Shown here: positions 61,675 to 64,000 of the stretch, piece after piece
Numbering within the stretch: the stretch's first letter is position 1
How the letters are laid out: each line of letters begins with the position of its first letter
Source of the DNA: Marsupella aquatica
Taxonomy: Eukaryota; Plantae; Marchantiophyta
Direction of reading: 5' to 3'
Length of the DNA stretch: 64,000 nt
Assembly (NCBI GenBank): GCA_973895155.1
Contig: OZ316892.1
Coordinates: 26,993,233-27,057,232, forward strand
Program-made: the position numbers and the translations under genes
Notes under the pieces: generated by a model
Databases searched by the model: none
Told to the model about the DNA's origin: nothing
Seen by the model: the letters and a program-made list of their open reading frames with translations, nothing else

Positions 61675-64000
61675 AGTTCCTAGAAATGTAGTGAACCTTA
61701 AGGTCGTCTGTTCACCCCCCCACCCCACCGCCGGGCACAAGGCATGTTCTGATACAGGGAGGAGCAAAACAATCATGTCAAGCAAGAAGTGTGGAGAGAC
61801 CAATCTGTAAGCAAAAATAGGGGAGAACATACATATATCAGCAGCAACAGGAAACAAGAAAGATGAGTTCGGAAAGCATCTTAGGGTTGGGGACATCACT
61901 GCAACACCGGGACTTAGGATATGACTTGTTCTTAATCTGTTGATAGCATCCGGTAGGCCGGCAACCCATGGCAAAAGGGCAGAGCAGCAATAACAGTTTG
62001 AATCTGACGGATGAAGCTCCAGGAAAATGAGCTCCAGGCGATTGGGTGCATGATTGAGCAGGCGATTGTAACAGCAGGCACCAGGTAATTTAAAGGAAGC
62101 AACATTTGGCAATGGACCTAGGCAGCTCACAAATTTTGTTTAGCAGCGATGTCACCTAGACCCTAAACACACAATGCATACATCACCTAGACAACTATAC
62201 TTGCAGTCACGAGGTGAGTCCGCGTCGATAGGGGATTGCAGCCTTACCTGTGCCGATGTAGCACCAAGCCGCCCTAACTGAAGCTGCGTAGCAATCCGCA
62301 GCAATCGCTCAATGCAAAACAAGTCCCCGGTTGGCCTTGCAGCCCGATCATCCACCTTCAACCCTGCCACCAAGCAATGAGCTCTCCGCTGTTGCTCACC
62401 CTAAACCTTCAACACTCCCGCAAAGTTGTGTCTGCCCGCAAGATTGGGTGCGTGATTGATTCGGTGATTGTAACAACAGGCAGCCGCAATCGATCGCAGG
62501 TCATGGATACACAAGCTCCAATGTGCTCCCTTTAGCTGAAACAATACCAGTTGTCGCTCACCACCAACACTTTCAGCAACAACACATATTTGTTGTAGTC
62601 CGCACCTTAAACCTTAGCCATGGGGTGGTCAATCAAGTTCCGCAATGCCTAAAACACCGACCACCTGACTTACATGAAATGTGCACACAGCTAAGCTCAC
62701 CTGTAGCTCACGCCAACCACATTGGGACAATTGAAGTGAATACTGCCATAGCTGAACTCGACTCCTCATGACTCTTTCGCGCCTCCGTAGACTGCCTTAC
62801 TCACAGTGCCCAATGCAAAAAAAGGCCCGGTCAATGTTGCAGCCACGATGATCCACCTCACGCTAGATAGTTGGCCTTCAAGATCACTCCCCACTTTCTT
62901 GCAGCTCCCCGGCCCTCCACAGCTCCTCGTCCATGGCAGTGCTGCAAATCAATAAGCTCTTGGTTGTAGCTCCTCAGTTGTCGATCACAGCTGCAACAAC
63001 AGAAGCTCGTAACCTTACGATGGAAACCCGGAAAAAGCACCTTCCTGCTTGCCAACGAGCGACACTGTCAACACTCAACGAATGACACTTTGACTCAGTT
63101 TCTCTGAATAGTTTTGGAAACAATTCGTAGACTGAGAACGAGGAATAGGGTTGTGGTATGCATTGGACAAGAAGTCAGTGAGTGAGGTAGTCGACTCTCG
63201 GCCACAAAGAGCAGAAGACAAATTAGACGAGCATGAAGACCCCGACAACAATGACATATCCAGACGACGAGCAGGGACTTACGCAATAAAGTCTAGCCTT
63301 GATCAAGCACTGCTGTTGCACCTGCCTGCCATCACCATCTCTCAAGCGAGAGTGAAGTCCGTAAAGCTCCTCGCACAAAACCCTTCACAAAACCTTCAGG
63401 CACGATGAATGTCCCCGGCCGACAGCAGAATGGACAAGCTAGTTTTTCCCTAAACCGAGTTCCCGCGCACATTCAACTTAACTTTGCACTCTGCTGCCGT
63501 GTTAAACGAAACCCGCGCACCCTAAACTTGTGTCCAAAGGCACACTCACGCACATTGAAGTGGAGACATTGAAAGCACAAAAGAGACACAAAAGTCTATG
63601 ATTTGCCTAATTAGTTTTTTCCTTTGAAACCAAAGGACTTACGCAATAGTTATATGTGGGGTGAGTGGTTAGTCACAACTTTGAACCACCCCCTTTGGTG
63701 AAAATGTGGCCAAATAGTCAGGTATATATGACCCCACATTACCATTATGATAAGTACACTTTTTTAGGGTTGGGGTAGTGAAGAGCTGATCATATATATT
63801 TAAGTTGGACATTTAAGTTGGACTTATATTGAACATGAACCATGCATTGGTTGTCATATATGAAGGGGGCATGGGAAACATGAAGGTTTATGGGGCATGG
63901 CAATAAGTAAACCCAACCTGGCTACATATGTGAGGCTGAAATTGGGTGATAATTAAGCACCTTTTTGGCACGACCAGAAGACGGCGATAGAAAAATTAGA

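Larger units (their letters stand above)
43706..64000 (-). mobile_element. CACTA element 'CACTA-3' (genes on minus strand); one end at 43706, other end probably beyond the window
   Basis: CACTAGTAGAAATCGGGGG at 43706, followed by ACGACT/AGTCGT/AGTCT subterminal repeats to ~44040. Tnp and TnpA-like genes inside. Extent is secure to ~55800 and inferred beyond. Confidence 0.75.

Overview
Eukaryotic, plant-type DNA (GT-AG introns, plant RPL18a fragment, TTTAGGG telo-boxes), made almost entirely of nested transposons, with no intact host gene seen. (1) A Ty3/gypsy LTR retrotransposon (1-18715; 5' LTR cut by the window edge) has a gag split by a complete 10.8-kb CACTA element (1053-11900, TSD CAT) and by a 307-bp MITE (8-bp TSD). 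(2) A decayed P-element-like DNA transposon (right end 28116) has a terminus matching that MITE. (3) A second CACTA element starts at 28889 and contains a foldback MITE and a 408-bp tandem array. (4) It is interrupted at 43706 by a third CACTA element that probably runs past the window end. The best candidate for an undescribed system is an accessory gene module upstream of the transposase in three elements from two superfamilies: an EDM2/NSD-type multi-PHD protein plus a ~150-aa Cys/His protein of unrecognised family, with a BRCT protein in two elements and an F-box-like protein in one. Separately, CACTA-1 carries an intact SET-domain exon inside the transposase's first intron, apparently sharing exon 1 with the transposase. 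All family assignments come from motif recognition by eye; no database search was run.
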